From Epiperipatus broadwayi (lineage: Eukaryota; Animalia; Onychophora), in assembly GCA_028023455.1 (NCBI GenBank), contig JAQFVV010000010.1, positions 1,054,001 through 1,118,000 on the forward strand: a stretch of 64,000 bases of DNA. Reading direction: 5' to 3'. Position numbers and translations under genes: made by a program. Shown piece by piece: positions 14,165 to 28,883 of the stretch. The notes beneath the pieces are model-generated. The model was not told the origin of the DNA. It did no database searches and saw nothing but the letters and a program-made list of their open reading frames with translations. Each line of letters opens with the position of its first letter. The first letter of the stretch is position 1.

Positions 14165-16199
14165 ATATAAGATGCATCTTATGCATCACAGTGCATAGAG
14201 GATGAATGTACCAACACAAAGTTTGCAAAAGTATGCAATCAAAGATTGTGCATATGAAAAATATATGTTGTTGTACTGATTTTTTGCAACAAATAGATCA
14301 CTTTCATTTTGAAAGTGTCTTTTATATCTGAGAAATATGAGATAGAAATTGTTCCAACATTTATTTTTAAGAAAAAAATCAAGGTATTTTGGCACCAGAA
14401 TTTAAATTTACAGCACAGTTGTTTATTTGTTATATTTAGTATTGGTTTATAAATATAGCAAAGCATGGATCTCCCAGAAGAGATATGTGCTTTTTAAGGG
14501 ACAGAAATTGAGATTCTCGGTGGTCAAAAATGGTGTAAGTAAAGTTCTCAAAAATCCAATGTAGGGAGGTGGTCAGTCTGTAAGTATAATTTTGTGAGTT
14601 ATTTTTATGTTTATAAAGACTTAAATGCTTGATGAAATCATATTGAGAATATTTTGTATTTTAAATACATGACTATTACACAAAACAGACCATTTTGAAA
14701 CAGAGAATACTGAAGACATTTTAATGAGATTGCTGTTGTTTTCCCTCTTAAAACAACTTCCTGAAAAGTGAATATGTATGCTTAGCTACATAATTATAGG
14801 GGTATAGTATGTAATTCTTGTCATGGCTATGATATTAAACATTGTGAGGGAAAAGATTTTGACAATGATTTAATTGTATGTTCTATCCTATTTATTGTTT
14901 TTTAATTAATGCTCTTATTACTATATGACTTAGAAATGAAATCCAAGGAAAGGCCTGACTACACCTTTAAAATGTTTCTTAAGGCATATCTCTAAATAGA
15001 TTTGCCAGGCACATGATTTTTCCATATTAAAACTGAGCTTACATTATTTATATAATTAGTAAGTAATTTGAGTAGTTGTGGAATCTGTTTTTTGGATGTA
15101 AGAAAAATTGAATTCTTATCCATGTAAGCAAGATATGAAATATTAGTTTTTAAATAGAGAATGTAAATCTCAGATAATTAATTTTTAATTGTGATCAGGG
15201 GATTACTATATATGATAAATCAAAGGGCAACTTAATGATGAACAGTGTGGAATTATAATAGATGTTTTCCCATTGAGTATAATATACATTTCCCTTATTA
15301 ATAAGAGATTTATTATATATAGATAAGGTCTGAGAATTAGAGTAACTGCTAGTGTATTAACTGGATTTTACCACTAGACTGTATTTTTTACTGTTTTGAA
15401 TTGTAAATGTGTTGCTTGATTTGTAGATGATTTTTTTTTTTGCAAATTGTATTTTTGATAAAACTGGCAATGACTCAATTCTATCTTTAATTACAGATTC
15501 TATCACCTTCACACCAAGAGGCTTTATTGATATTAACCATAAATTCTCACAGTGTAGTGACCTTTTCTTGTTTTTTCATAAAAGGCACAAAGGATATTGG
15601 ATAGAAAGTTTGGGTTTTATAAATTGCTTTCAGTATGAAATTTGCTAGATATCACAGGTACAATGCTGTGAATTTGTTAAGGTATCCATACACAAACCTT
15701 GGAATATTATGGATTCCAGGATGACAAAAGTCAGGCAGTACATCTATCTTTTCATCATTAGGTAAATTTAATGCCATTTTCAACTACATCAAGAAAGTGA
15801 GCAGAAAGGTTGAAATCCTCACCATTCTCTAATTTATCATTACAATATGCATATATGGGGTCTAGAACGAGCTCTCTGCAGATAATTTCTGATTAAATTT
15901 TAATTGTATCTGATATCTTAATTGGGGGAGGGGACTGATTTAATATTCATCAATCTGTAGTCCAGATATGAGTTCTGCTTTAAAACACTACTTTTTTATT
16001 GATAGATATTCTTTAATGGAATCTAAGGCTGATTTATAAAAAGTTTAGATACTTAAATGTTAGTCTGGACACCAAATACCGTATTTTTTACAACAAATTT
16101 AAAATATATAATGAGAAAAAGTGGATTAACAAAAATAATGGACACATATTAATTAAAAAAAATAAAGACAGTACAAAAGTAAATAAACCATGTAATTGT

Positions 16200-16800
16200 G
16201 ATTCCTGCATTTTTTTGGGTGATACAAAGTATCATAAAAAATATCCTTCCCCCTCCTGGCATACTTTGATCCAAAGCACTATCATTAACTGTATGTCTGG
16301 ATTAACACTTAAGTACCAAATTTTTTATGACCAACAATCTTGGGTAGTCATTATTAGAAAAAGATGTTAAAATAATTTTTCGTGTGTATGTTCTTTATAA
16401 GACTCAAGAGTTTAATGGATGAAGAAGTAACCTTTACAATACTATTAATATTATATGATATAAAATTTACAAATGCAAGGGAGTCTTGAATTGGATACAT
16501 TTCTCTATACCAAAATTCAAATAAATAAATATAAATCTCAAAGATATGGAGATTGTGAGATGGGAATAGCATTTGATTGTTGTACCTGTATTAATGACAC
16601 TAATGTTACCAAAATTGAGATTTATGTATACCACTTTTGCTGCATGTTCTGAGAAGAGTAAATTTTGGTGACTTACTGATCATGTGATTAAAATAGGGAG
16701 TAAAAACCTATGAATGCCTACAATTATTAAAGGATACAGAATAATCTGGTAAGAACCCTTCTCCAGACATCTATAAAAATGTAAAGAAATGCAGTTTTTT
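16200..16800 (-). mobile_element. Decayed CR1-like RT C-terminal remnant
   Basis: SLAFVNFISYNINSIVKVTSSSIKLLSLIKNIH resembles L.F..HI..IV.KA...LGLIKR (ORF 16354-16572). Confidence 0.4.
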
Positions 16801-17012
16801 ATTGATAAATTTGTTATATGATATATTAAAGTGCACAAGTAATAAAAGAGGATAGGGTAAAGATGCTAATTTAGTGTTTAAAATTAATATGTCTGTTAAT
16901 AACTATTGAGCTGGGGATATATACAAAAATAAATTTTAAGACTATCGCTCTATGTGAAAGAGTGGTAATTAGCATATGAGAATCAATATAAGTGGTTTTA
17001 AATGAGCTAAAT

Positions 17013-17410
17013 CAGGGGTCCCCAACCTTTTTGCACTTAAGAGCACATTCTATAATATCAGCCAGGTGGCGGGCACTATTTATTTTTTCAACCAGGTGGC
17101 GGGCACCATTTATTTTTTCAATGTAAATTTATAGTTGGATATTGTTAATAATACACATAATGTACAAAAAAATATTGATTTCAAAAATAAAATTTTAACA
17201 TATAATTAACGTTTATATTTTTACGCTGTAAAAGTATAGTATGCCCTACAATTTGATTACAATATAATACAATAATTTATAAGAAAATTTAAAAATTAAA
17301 TTTATTTGTATCAGATAAATATTTTTTTATCGTGTTTGGATAGCGGCGGGCGCACATAAAATGGTCTGCGGGCACCATGGTGCCCGTGGGCATAGGGTTG
17401 GGGACCCCTG
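17013..17410. mobile_element. hAT (Charlie-like) MITE, 398 bp
   Basis: TIRs caggggtccccaacc / ggttggggacccctg; exact 8-bp TSD agctaaat (17005-17012 and 17411-17418); subterminal GCGGGC motifs. Confidence 0.92.
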
Positions 17411-17945
17411 AGCTAAATGGACTTTCTTATCAATAATAATAATAATAATAATAATACTTATCATTATTATTGTTATTCTTATGCAAATTGAACTAATAAC
17501 AAAAATGTTAACACTACAATGTTTCAAATCCAAAGTTTCTCCATAACTATGATTTTGATTCTGAACTATGTATTTTGGAATATCAGAAGTGAATTGCAGT
17601 TTGATTTTTGATAAAAGAATAACTTACAGTAAATAAATATATGCAGACACTTATTTTTTAACTTGATTTGCCATTCTATGTTTATTAACTAATAGATGGT
17701 TTCATATGTCTGTCATTTTTTAAAATTTATACTTACTGCTAATAATAATATAATGATCAAAAATATGAATAAGGTATTTAAAGGACAAATTCTAAGAGCA
17801 TTGAGTAGAGTTAGAACATTGATCACATAATATATTTAAAATGTTATTCAAATTTATTACTGCTATTATTTCAGAATGAAATGGTATCTAGAATCTTCTA
17901 TAAACTAACACTTGAAAGTGAAAATGTATATTATCTTTGCCTTAT

Positions 17946-19255
17946 TGTATGCACTTTAGTCAATAAAAGAAATTCAACTAATAAATAATAAAAGAATCCT
18001 TAGAGAAATAAAACCTTTAGAGACTTTTAAAGGTTCTTAAATTTCTAAGGGTTCTTTTTTAAAAAGTTTTTGTCATTTTTATCTTCACCTTAAACCATAA
18101 AAAATTTCATATTCATTTACTGATTTGTAAAAATTAAACTTAAACTTGATTGTGTTTTAACTTTTTTTTAAAAAAAAAAAAAAATTATAAAAAAGTACAA
18201 GATCTAAAGATAAAATATTTTTATAAATGGAAATGATGTGTTTATTAATTATAGAAAAGCAAACTAGCCTTTGGGGCTCTTATATAAAAAATAAAAAAGT
18301 CAGATGAAAGATATAGATAAGAGAATAAAAAAATTTAGAATGTCCAATAGAAGCAATAACCAATTACTCGGACCTTAATGGAAATTATTGGAACAGGAAA
18401 CGATGTTCAATGAATCCAGAGGAGTACTATAAAAAAAAATATTCAAATTAAAACAGTTCCAGCTTGATTTTGTGAGAAGGGTGATAAGACGCACTTGTTG
18501 CTCTCTCTCACTTATTTCAAATGAAATGACTGTAATACCAGGATTGAACCAGCTAAGGCCACCTCCAGAACAACAGACCAGTCTTTCAAATAGAGACATT
18601 GTGGGAATTGGCACCAGGAACCAGGATTCTTCTACTGTAAGACATGAACTGTAAAATCTAAAAGTAATTAAGAACTTTCGTTAAGATTGGACAAGCTTTC
18701 AATATTCAGCTAACCTAAATTTTAAAATGAACTTTTATCTGACTTAAGTTTCCAAATTAATTATTGTTTAATTTTTATACATGTGAGTTTGCTAAAAATC
18801 ATTTCCATTTTTCTTTTTATTAATATTTATTGTATAAATAAAATGCAATCTATGTAGTTTATTCATACTTAACAATCTTAAAAAATATTATTAAATTCAT
18901 CTGTGTGGATGGTTTAAAATTTTAAAATAATAATTTAAATTAAAAGATAATATTAAAATCTAAAATAATAAGTGTTAATTACTGGCAGTTGCTTTTATTT
19001 AATTTTTTTTTTTTTTATATTGAAGATATATTTTAAATAATTTATATTTTATAAATCTCTGCATCTCACTGAGCTAGTGGCAAGGGCTGACAGTCAATAA
19101 AATAAAAATTGGATCTTTAACAGCACGTATCTGCCTACTCTATAAATTTTCTAGGTTCAAATAGCCTAGTGGCGCCCTGTATGGCAGATACGGTAAGACT
19201 GCTAGCTCTAATCTTCACCCAGACTGTTATTCAAGATACAGATGAATACATTATA
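17946..19255 (+). mobile_element. Solo-LTR-like element, family A copy 1
   Basis: Colinear similarity to 26331-28458 over ~18190-19210; ends cattata; putative start tgtatgc with ttat TSD; TATA-like tataaaaa ~18427. Left boundary is tentative. Confidence 0.5.
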
Positions 19256-19849
19256 TTATTTGAAATATCACAGCGTCATTTTTTTAAGTTGGGATATCAT
19301 CTTTATAAAATATTTCTTCATATATCAGTCATCCTACTTAATAAAAAGCAATCTATCTTGATAAAAACTTAAATATAAATTAAAAGAGCATTAATAGACA
19401 TTATATTTTGAATTTAAAAGTCAATGGATATAACTGGTATATAATATCAGGAAATTTCAGATGCCTTAATTTTGTAGAACTTTTTAAATTAAATAGGCCT
19501 CTCAATATGTCTGAATTTTTCAAAAATCAAATTAGTTGAATATTTCTTGCATAATTTAAGCTTTATGTCACTTTTTGGGGTTTAACAATATCTCATAACA
19601 GTTGTAGTATGTAAATAATCTTATTTCCCTGTTGGTTTTTTTTTTGTGATTTTCAGGTTACTTTTATACTATTTTTTTAATATATATTATAGTGCTCTAA
19701 GCATGCTTACAATAATAAAATTCAAATGAATTTGTTATAAAAATAGATTATTTTACTAAAAGAAAGCAATCAACACATCCCAGTTGGGAATAATATTATT
19801 GAAAGTATCCCCCCCCCCCAATTATTTGCTACAATTACTATTTGTTGTA

Positions 19850-20500
19850 TTACCTTTAATCCAGAAAATCTTCTAATTCAGAAAGGCTGTATCTGGCTAA
19901 TTTTCTTGTGTTCAATTATCTGATATTAATCAGATTAATTTTACTTTCTTAAAACTGCATTTGATAGATTTTTAGACTCTTTTATTGATTTGGTTATCTT
20001 TAATTCTGAATTAGTTATTTTAAATTGTGAAGGTTGAGGGATTCTAATACCTTTATCTTCTGAATCTATATTTTTATCAATTTTACTGATTCTATTTTAT
20101 TTATTTTATGCTGTCAACATATTTAAAAAATAAATTGAGAATTTTAAATATGTAAAAACTTGGCTGTTTTGCAGAAATCAAATCATTCTCAGACTGAGAA
20201 GTGTATTCTGATTGATGAATCTAATTATTTTATGAATTAAAGCAAATAATCTTACAAATCCCCTTGTTTCAGAAAATTTTAAAAATAAGCTCTGATAATT
20301 TACAAACTAACCAGAATATTTTTAAGATTATTATGTCACATTTGAGTCTTAAATAAACCCCTGACAAAATCTTGTTGAACTATTATTTTGTATTAATGAT
20401 AGTTTTGTGATAAAAAAAGAGGCAATCTTATTAGACTAAATATTGATATGTCAGATAAAATTCAATGATTAAAAAATCGCATTGCTGCTGTAAATATTGT
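19850..20500 (-). mobile_element. Decayed RTE-like RT remnant
   Basis: Reverse strand loosely gives a KQGD.LS..LFN-like segment near 20250-20300; otherwise degenerate. Confidence 0.3.
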
Positions 20501-22209
20501 AGCAGATTTTTATTTTGTTAAATAATGTTTTATAATTTACATAATGATTTCATAAATAACTAATTATTATATTTTATTTAAAAGTTTAATCAAAAATATA
20601 TATAATAAAAAAGGAGAGTAGCTCATGATAATAGCACAGAAAAAAAAAATTAAATTAGAAAATATTTTTAAAAAATGCAAAATTGATTATTTTGAAGCTT
20701 TTAACCAGAATGTAGATAACTAATAGACAATTTAAATTAAAATTTATACTAGAGACAATAATCAACACAGTTCTTACAACTGAGAAATGAAAAAACTAAA
20801 ATATATTATACAAGTTACAAAATTTGGAGCTGAATATCTCATTAATTACACACACAAAAAAAATTGGAAATAGGAAATCATTAAGAAGGAAATGAATTTT
20901 TTTTTATGATACTAATTGCCATCTTGGAAGTGGATGATTAGGTAGTGAAAATAAAAATTAACTGATAATAAAAAAAAAAAGGTATAAAACAAACAAATTG
21001 CTATTATTAATACAGATTTTTAAAATTAGTTTTAACTTTTTTTATTTTGAATCATTGAAGTTTTGGAGATATTTGAATTACAGTCGAAATCGTTTTTTAG
21101 TTTCCCCTGAATTCAATAGTCTTCGACAGAGAAATCTTGAAGAAAAGGTCATTGGATGGAATAGATAACTGCTTATTGTTTTTAGTTATATGATAACTAT
21201 TAACTTTGTAACTTTAAAAAATGTTAATGTTTAGGTTCAAACTTTAAGTCATGCCCATGGTATACTGGTGTAGTAACTATTCCTCATAAATTCTTCATTT
21301 TATATATATATATAAACACACAATTCCATATATAATGACGTTTGCAAAATTTCCTCATACTAATGCTTGATTAAACAACTGTATATCATGCTCTGAACAT
21401 GATTTATATGTATACTTTATTCTGATAATTTTTAAAAACCTGTAGAAAAAGTTAGTAATAATAATAACCTAAACAACAATATCAATAGTAATCAATATTA
21501 GCGATTAATATTTTTATATTATTACTGCAATTATTTATGCAGATATTTTAAAAATAGTATAATTAAAACAAAGATATATAATGCTATAATTTCGTAGAAT
21601 CAATTAAAGTTTTGCATCGAAGATTCTTTTTTTAAAAAATAAAGATACAAGATAATATATATTTTATTAAAATAAAATTTGCCAAGGGGAAGGGCTTCTT
21701 TTTTTATTCAACAATCATACAATAAAGGTAATTAAGAAAATTAGTTTTTATTTCAATGAGTTTTATCAATTTGAACTTTTTTTTCTTGAGATAATTAAAT
21801 TGGTTAAATTAATATAAAGAAGCAGAGTACTTTATTACGAGTTTTAAGATGTATTTTTTACGGTAGCATTTGCAATTTAAAGATATAAAAAACGATAATA
21901 ACATTTTAACAGCGTGTTTTGAATGGAAGATCAAATATTAAAAAAAAAATAAAATACAAAATTATATATATTATGACGATTTATTTAATCTGTTTACAAG
22001 CTCTAATTCATGATGATTATCGTCTTTTTAAATAAATATACTAATATTATTAATTATAAATTAAAGTGTTATATTATTGTTACTTCAAATTTATTATTTA
22101 AAATTTAATTAAATGCATGTTATTATTTTCTTTCCCTCCATATATGTAAATATGTAAAAACTGCAACAGAGGTAACTAGGATAAAAAAAATACAAAAAGC
22201 AACAATTGT

Positions 22210-22615
22210 CTAATATAATTTCTACTGAGAAAAGACAATTTACAAAAAAAGAAGAAATACGAAAACATATGCAAATGATGCATTGAGAAGGAATTTTATA
22301 AAATGATGCAAAAAATAGTTGATAACGATATAAGAAAATATAATTGTGAATTAGTAAGGAAAGCTATAAAAGAGAATAAAAGTTTCAAGAGTGTAAAACA
22401 CCTTGATATAGATATGAAACTTTATTCCTCAATAAGAAAAAAAAGGAAATTATTATTAAAAGCAGAGATGAAATCATGAAATGTGTAGAAAAGTTCTATT
22501 AAGAATTATATTGCAATAAAGAATAAGGAAAAGTACCTCTTGCAACTAATATATTTTTTTCAATTGTTCAGGATTTTAAATAAAAAAATGAGATATGCAA
22601 TTAAATCTGTCTAAA
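22210..22615 (+). mobile_element. RTE-clade LINE fragment (EN-RT linker)
   Basis: DIRKYN...AIKENKSFK, EIMKCVEKFY.ELY, ending at AIKS, which continues as LKKGKAPG at 24246. Confidence 0.75.
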
Positions 22616-23424
22616 ACGCCATATTGAATTTTTTTAAAAACTGGCCTGAGACACAATTTTCGCAATAACTTCAGTTTAAATTATGTTAGGGGGAAAAAAT
22701 TCCATTAATAGAAACTAGAAAAACTAAGGAAACAATAAGTCTAAGACAAATAGTGATAACTATTTAAAAAATAAGGGGGTAAAAAATTTTAACATCTGAA
22801 ATAATTATTATTATTGTTTGTTCATAATTTCTAATTCATCATGAACTAAGTATTAATTACATTTTCAGTTATAATTTTTTTGTATTCCTCACAGAATTAT
22901 CTTTCAAATCATGTATAATATGTCTTATCTGAGATAATCCTGGGTTTCAGAATCTCCAAAAGTATTCACATAAGAATTCTTCATTTTTATCTTGTATCCC
23001 AAAAGTTCCAAATCATCCTAATAAAAGATACAAAACAAATCATCCAGAAGATAGATATGCATTTGTCATCATAGCAATTGACTTCTTGTCTATCTAAAAC
23101 TACAAATTGTAGGCTACTGTGACTTTCATCTCTTCATTTTATATTTTTTGTGTACATCAGTGATGTTTATATTCTTTATGCACACCAGTGGTGTTTATAT
23201 TCTTTATGTACACCAGTAATGCTATCTTGTTATATTTATTGCATTACATAGATATAATTTATTTGCATATAGTCCATTTGTAAGCTATAGACTTAAAAAT
23301 AATATGATAAAACATATAGCAAAATCAGAGTGACTCCAAAACATGAGTATCAAAGCATAAAAACAAGAATCAGAATTTGATTATTTGCCTGTGTATACAA
23401 CCTTTCTATACATTTGATTAGTAG

Positions 23425-23778
23425 TTTTGTAAATCATTACTTGTAAACACAAACACATCATGTAAACATAATAAATTATTAAACTTTTTGGGAATCATTA
23501 TTTTTATAAAATAAGTTTATTTTTATAAAATAAGTGGATTAGAACTTTAGAAAATTACAGTAGATATGAATTCTATATGAGCATAAATAAATATATAAAT
23601 ATTTTGTAAATCATTACTTGTAAACACAAACACATTATATAAACATAATAAATTATTAAACTTTTTGGGAATCATTATTTTTATAAAATAAGTTTATTTT
23701 TATAAAATAAGTGGATTAGAATTTTAGAAAATTACAGTAGATATGAATTCTATATGAGCATAAATAAATATATAAATA
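23425..23778. repeat. 177-bp tandem duplication
   Basis: Near-identical units begin at 23425 and 23602. A separate 29-bp duplication lies at ~23160-23218. Confidence 0.92.
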
Positions 23779-24245
23779 TATAATTTATCAACACACACCA
23801 ACTGCAAACTAAAATTAATAAAAATTATCATTTTTTCAGAAAATTAAAAAAAAAATAAAAAAAAATTAAAATTTTATACTCACTTGTGCTTTACGTTGAT
23901 GCTCCATTATAGGCCTTGTTTGTGAATAACATTCCTTTTTACTGTGATAAATTCCATTTGAAAGACGACAGCTATGCATTTTCAGTCTTTATCGCTTCAT
24001 GAAGATTACAAAATTGAGTAAAAATCAAAAAAAATAAATTCTCTCCTTTATTAAAACTGCTGTAAAAACTCCAAATTTCATCGGATAATTTTGTATAGAC
24101 ATTTTTGGAATCACATGTCACTGAGTTATCAAATGCCCATATGTTGGTTGATGTCATTCTTATAGTTTCTACATCAGCAAAGAAAGAAAACATGTTGATC
24201 GATCAAAAAAAACACATGGCTCATCTACTTTATAAAGAGCCGAAG

Positions 24246-25714
24246 CTAAAGAAGGGAAAAGCTCCAGGTAATGATGGAATTATAAATAATATCTTTAAAA
24301 ATGCAGGGGAAGAAACAATATTTTTTTCTTGACAAAGTTATATTCAAATATCTAAATCATAAAGATGTACAAAATGATTGGAAGAATGTAATGTTAATAT
24401 TTTAAAAAGATGATAAAGAACATATTAGAAATTACAGACTTATCAGTCTTACCAATTCTGTATAAAATTTTTACCAAGTTAATTATAACTTGTCTACACT
24501 GGACTTTGAATTTTAATCAACCAAAAAAAAAAAAAAAAAAGCTGGATTCAAAAAAGGTTTTAATACAGTGGAGCATTATTTCCAAGTATTAAGAGAAATT
24601 ATAAAAAGAACCAGTGAATAGGAATTGTCATTGTTTTGGAATTGTAGATTATGAAAAGGCATTTGATTCTATAAGCATTTCTTCAGTGCTTAAAGCATTT
24701 TATCATCAAAATATAAATCCAGAATAATGTCATATTCTAAATAATATTTATAAAAATGCAACAACAATTAGATTACACAATGATATTAGGAAGATTAATA
24801 TTGAGAAGAGTGTATGACAGAGTTACTTCGTATCTCCAAAACCTTTTACAATAGTTTGTTAGTATTTTGAGGATTAAAAGAGCAAACTAAGGAAATAAAA
24901 ATAAATGAAGATTACTTGACTCATTTCAGTTTTGCAAATGATCCAGTTATTTTGCAAATAATGTTTTAGAACTTCAAGAAATGTTGCAAGACTTATCAGA
25001 TGAAAGTAAGAAAACAGAATTAAAGATAAATGTTAAAAACATTAAAGTAATGTTAACAATTTTTATTAGTCATTCATTAGACTAGATATTATCCATGCAA
25101 TGAATAATATTTCTGTGGTGTAATTTTCACTATGCCACTCTCACACAAGATAGGGAGTGGTTAGATGAAGTTAACAATTACAAATATCTTGGCTAGATTA
25201 TTACTACACATTGAAGCATAATGGATGAAATTAATCATAGAATTAAACTTGGTTGGAATGTTTTTGGTAGAAATAATTTAATATTAAAAGAAAATATGCT
25301 TATGTGTTTGAAAAGAAAGATTTTTAATAAATGTATTAACAGAAGGGCAATACAAAGACTTCAGTCCACTTAATGAAGTATGAAGAGATATATGTTAAAA
25401 GTAACAAGAAGAGATCAAAAATTAAATATATGGGTGAGAAAACAAACAGATGTTATTGATATCATTGAAAGAATTAAGAGACTGGAGTTGAGTTGGACAT
25501 ATTACTAGAAGAGATGATAATAATTGGACAGTGGAAATCTTAAAGTGGATTCTAAGAGATTGTAAAAGACCTAGAAAAAGACTACATGTAATATGCATGA
25601 GTGAAATAAGAAAGTGTGCTGGGGTGATTTGGAGAGTAGATTAGAAAAGATGGATTGAACTTAGATAGGCCATTGTGCAGTGAATCAATAATAGCTGAAA
25701 ATGATGGTGATGAT
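24246..25714 (+). mobile_element. RTE-clade LINE RT through 3' end, disrupted
   Basis: LKKGKAPGNDG, LSVLPILYKIFTK, AGFKKG, VDYEKAFDS, SPK.F, NYKYLG, EINHRIKLGW, W.PRD.KRPR, ending in a tga/gat tail. Confidence 0.88.
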
Positions 25715-26330
25715 AAATCAAATTGATAAATTTTTCTTGTACCCTTTATGCTATTAATTTTACCTTGCAGATGTAAAATATATCTATTCAAAATTGTCTT
25801 TCTACTTCTGTAAAAATAGAATGTTAATTAGGGTGAAATTTGCAATCATATTCAGGTGTTAACACAGCCTCATTCATTAATATAAAGAAAACTAGGAAAA
25901 AATTAATCATATCAAAAAAACTCATGCTTAAATAAATCAATTGTATATTAGTATTCTATTGTCAAGAACAACCTTGCAATTAGGTAATAAATTGTAATGC
26001 TGCTCTGGCAACAGATTGATAATATTCTATTAGTTTATTTAAACATGATGGCTATCATGTTGGATTTGTATTTTTATATACATTGTGGTATTCTGAATTG
26101 AGTTTAAACTTGGTGATGTTATCTAAATTAATTTGAAAGTAATTAAAATTGTTTGCCTTGTTATTAAAGTTGTTTTTTTAATATCACATCATAATATAAA
26201 ATGGCCATTTATATTTTTAACAAGCAATGTATCAAAAAAATTTGTTTATCTCATGGCAAAATTTTAAAATTAATGTTTTTTTTTAATTCTTATGACAATA
26301 TAATAAAGTTAATGACTTATATATATATAT

Positions 26331-28458
26331 TGTAACGGGCACATATGTATGTTACATTGTTTTTTATTATTAAACATGAAAAAAAATAAAAGTTCGCAAA
26401 TAAAACTTTTTTTTTTTAAGAATTGAAAATTGAAAATTAAAATTCTATACTAAACTCATATATATATAAAATCGCACAGATGAAAAAAAAAATTATTAAA
26501 ATAAAACTTTATTAAAAATAGAAAAGGTATTTTAAAAACAAAAACTCAAAAAGATTTAGAGATAAAAATATATCTTTAAGTTTGAAAACACATTAATTAA
26601 TCAGAAAATGGAAATGATTGTTTTAATTAGTTAAATATAAACTAGCCCTTGGGCATTTAAAATGTATAAGCAAAGATCAGATAGGAGAGGAAAACAAGTG
26701 CGGACCTCAGCGAAAGGACCATCACATCGATGATGTAATGTCAATTGAATCCTTAAAATTAATATAAAAGGAAAAGATTGGTTTAATAGTTATTACGAGA
26801 GGACAGATATGTGTTAATGCGGAGTTGAAGGTGAAGGGATTGAAAGACGCACTTTCAATTCCTTCAGTTGTTAAAAAAAAGGAAATGAAAGATCATTTTC
26901 TACATTGAGGATCAGCTAAAGTAAAAAACCTCCGGATGAATAAATAAAATGGCCAACAGAATACCAATCTATTTAGGACATAGTGGGAATTCACGTTTCA
27001 AATGGCAAGCAACAGATAAAGATGAACTGTTTAAAACCGTAAGAACTTTATAATTAATGAACATTAAATTAAAAACTTTCCGTATTTAAAATAATTGCAA
27101 TAGAATCCTATCTGACCAACTTTATTTACTAATAAGTAATTTTAATTTGATGTATTTCTTTTGTAAAATCATTTCCATTTATTTTTTGTTCTTTTAAGTT
27201 TTATTATTACTGTTTTGTTTTCCGTTAAATTTAATATTATATAAATGTTAAACTTAAGTCGGGCATGAATGGCTATATAGATTTTTAAAGTTATATTACG
27301 GGAGGGTAATCTTAGGTTATTTGTTTCGTAGTTGAATTAGATCAATGGATTGGATATATTGGTGTAATTAGTAGATGTAGTACGAGATTCGCTATGGGAA
27401 GAATCGCTTTATATGCCGCACACTTTCTTTTTGGCCTATGGAATGCGATTTGTAAGTCGGAAAAATGACCGCAGTCCTTTCCTAAGGAGTTTTTTTTATT
27501 GCTCTTCTTGTCAGATAGATGTAGTATTCCTATCTGATGAGAGGCAATTTCTTCTCTTAACCTTTTGTGCTGTCGTATTTCATATTACATTGAATGCATC
27601 GATATATCAGATGAATTGACGTTGGTTTGACTGCGAACTTTTGGCCTAAGGTTAAATAAGGATAGAATATTTTCTTTCAAATGCAAATCTATGTAGTCTA
27701 TTCATACTTGACACTCTAAATAAAAATGCATTAAATTTAAGTTGGTATGGACGTTGCATGGATTCGTTATCGGTTAATTATGTTTTTGGTTTTTATATTT
27801 GATCAAAATATATAGACATTCGGTAAATAATGATACCTTACAGTGAGTATCTAAAATGTATTTATTTGGATGTCTTTTCAGTTATTGGTGTCTTGCGGCA
27901 TCTTATGATGAATGCCATTGGGTTTCTTATAAATTCCCCTCTGCATTTCCATCAATGACCTTATATTTTAACCATTTATGTTTACTTTGAAATGTTTTTG
28001 ACCATGTAATCTATGTAACCAATCTATACTCAACACATTTTATAAATCCATCTGTGCGAACTTATAAAATTTAAAATGTAAACTTATAAAAATTAAAATG
28101 TAAAATCAAATTCTAAAATCAAGTTAAAATTATAAAGTAAAAGTAATGTTAAAATAATTTTAAATGTTATATATGTGCGTAAATAAATGTTTGTGTGTTA
28201 ATTACTGGCAGTGGCTTATTTTATTCTTTTTTTATATATTCTTATATAAGAATTTATTATAAAATGTAAATCTCTGCTATTCCACTGAGCTAGTGACAAT
28301 GGGCTAATGACCGGATATCAAAATATATAAAATAAAATAAAAATTATTTTTTTTTGACTTACGTATCTGCCTACTTTATAATTTTTTTTAGGTTCAAATG
28401 CCTAGATGGTGCCCTATAGTGCAGATTACGTTAAGCTCCCTTTCTCTGGATCATTATA
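26331..28458 (+). mobile_element. Solo-LTR-like element, family A copy 2 (with extra internal segments)
   Basis: Starts tgtaacg, ends cattata, ATAT on both sides; homologous to 17946-19255; retains CpG. Confidence 0.65.
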
Positions 28459-28883
28459 ATATATATATTATGTTTGGGATATATTAATAAAAGTATATAG
28501 TTTTATAAAATAGCAATAATAAAATAAACTATGTATTGATAAATTTGTTGGTTGACGTTCCCATAAACAAACAAGATATTAAATTTTAAATTGTAACTAT
28601 ACAGAAGGTAAACAAATCTCCACAATAGCTCATTTTAAATAAGATGATAAAACTGTAAACATATACTTGCCATAACCACAAGATAAAGTCTTTAAGGAAA
28701 TAAGATATTTCCAAACTCACATTGTAATTTATGAGCAATTTTAAGTGTCTAGAAGTGAGGAAAATAGATAAATAAAAAAGAATGGCTATTGTATTTTAAA
28801 ATATGATTTTAAATGTATTTTGTGTTTAATTTGTAAAACTGTATTTCTTTTTATTATTTTTAAAGGTTATTGTAATAGTTATT

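Noticed and set aside
19169-19176. TGGCGCCC as a tRNA-Lys-type PBS
   Set aside because: Does not continue as GAACAGGGAC, lies inside the LTR-like element, and no gag follows.
25582-25791. 69-aa minus-strand ORF
   Set aside because: Mostly antisense to the RTE C-terminus and tail.
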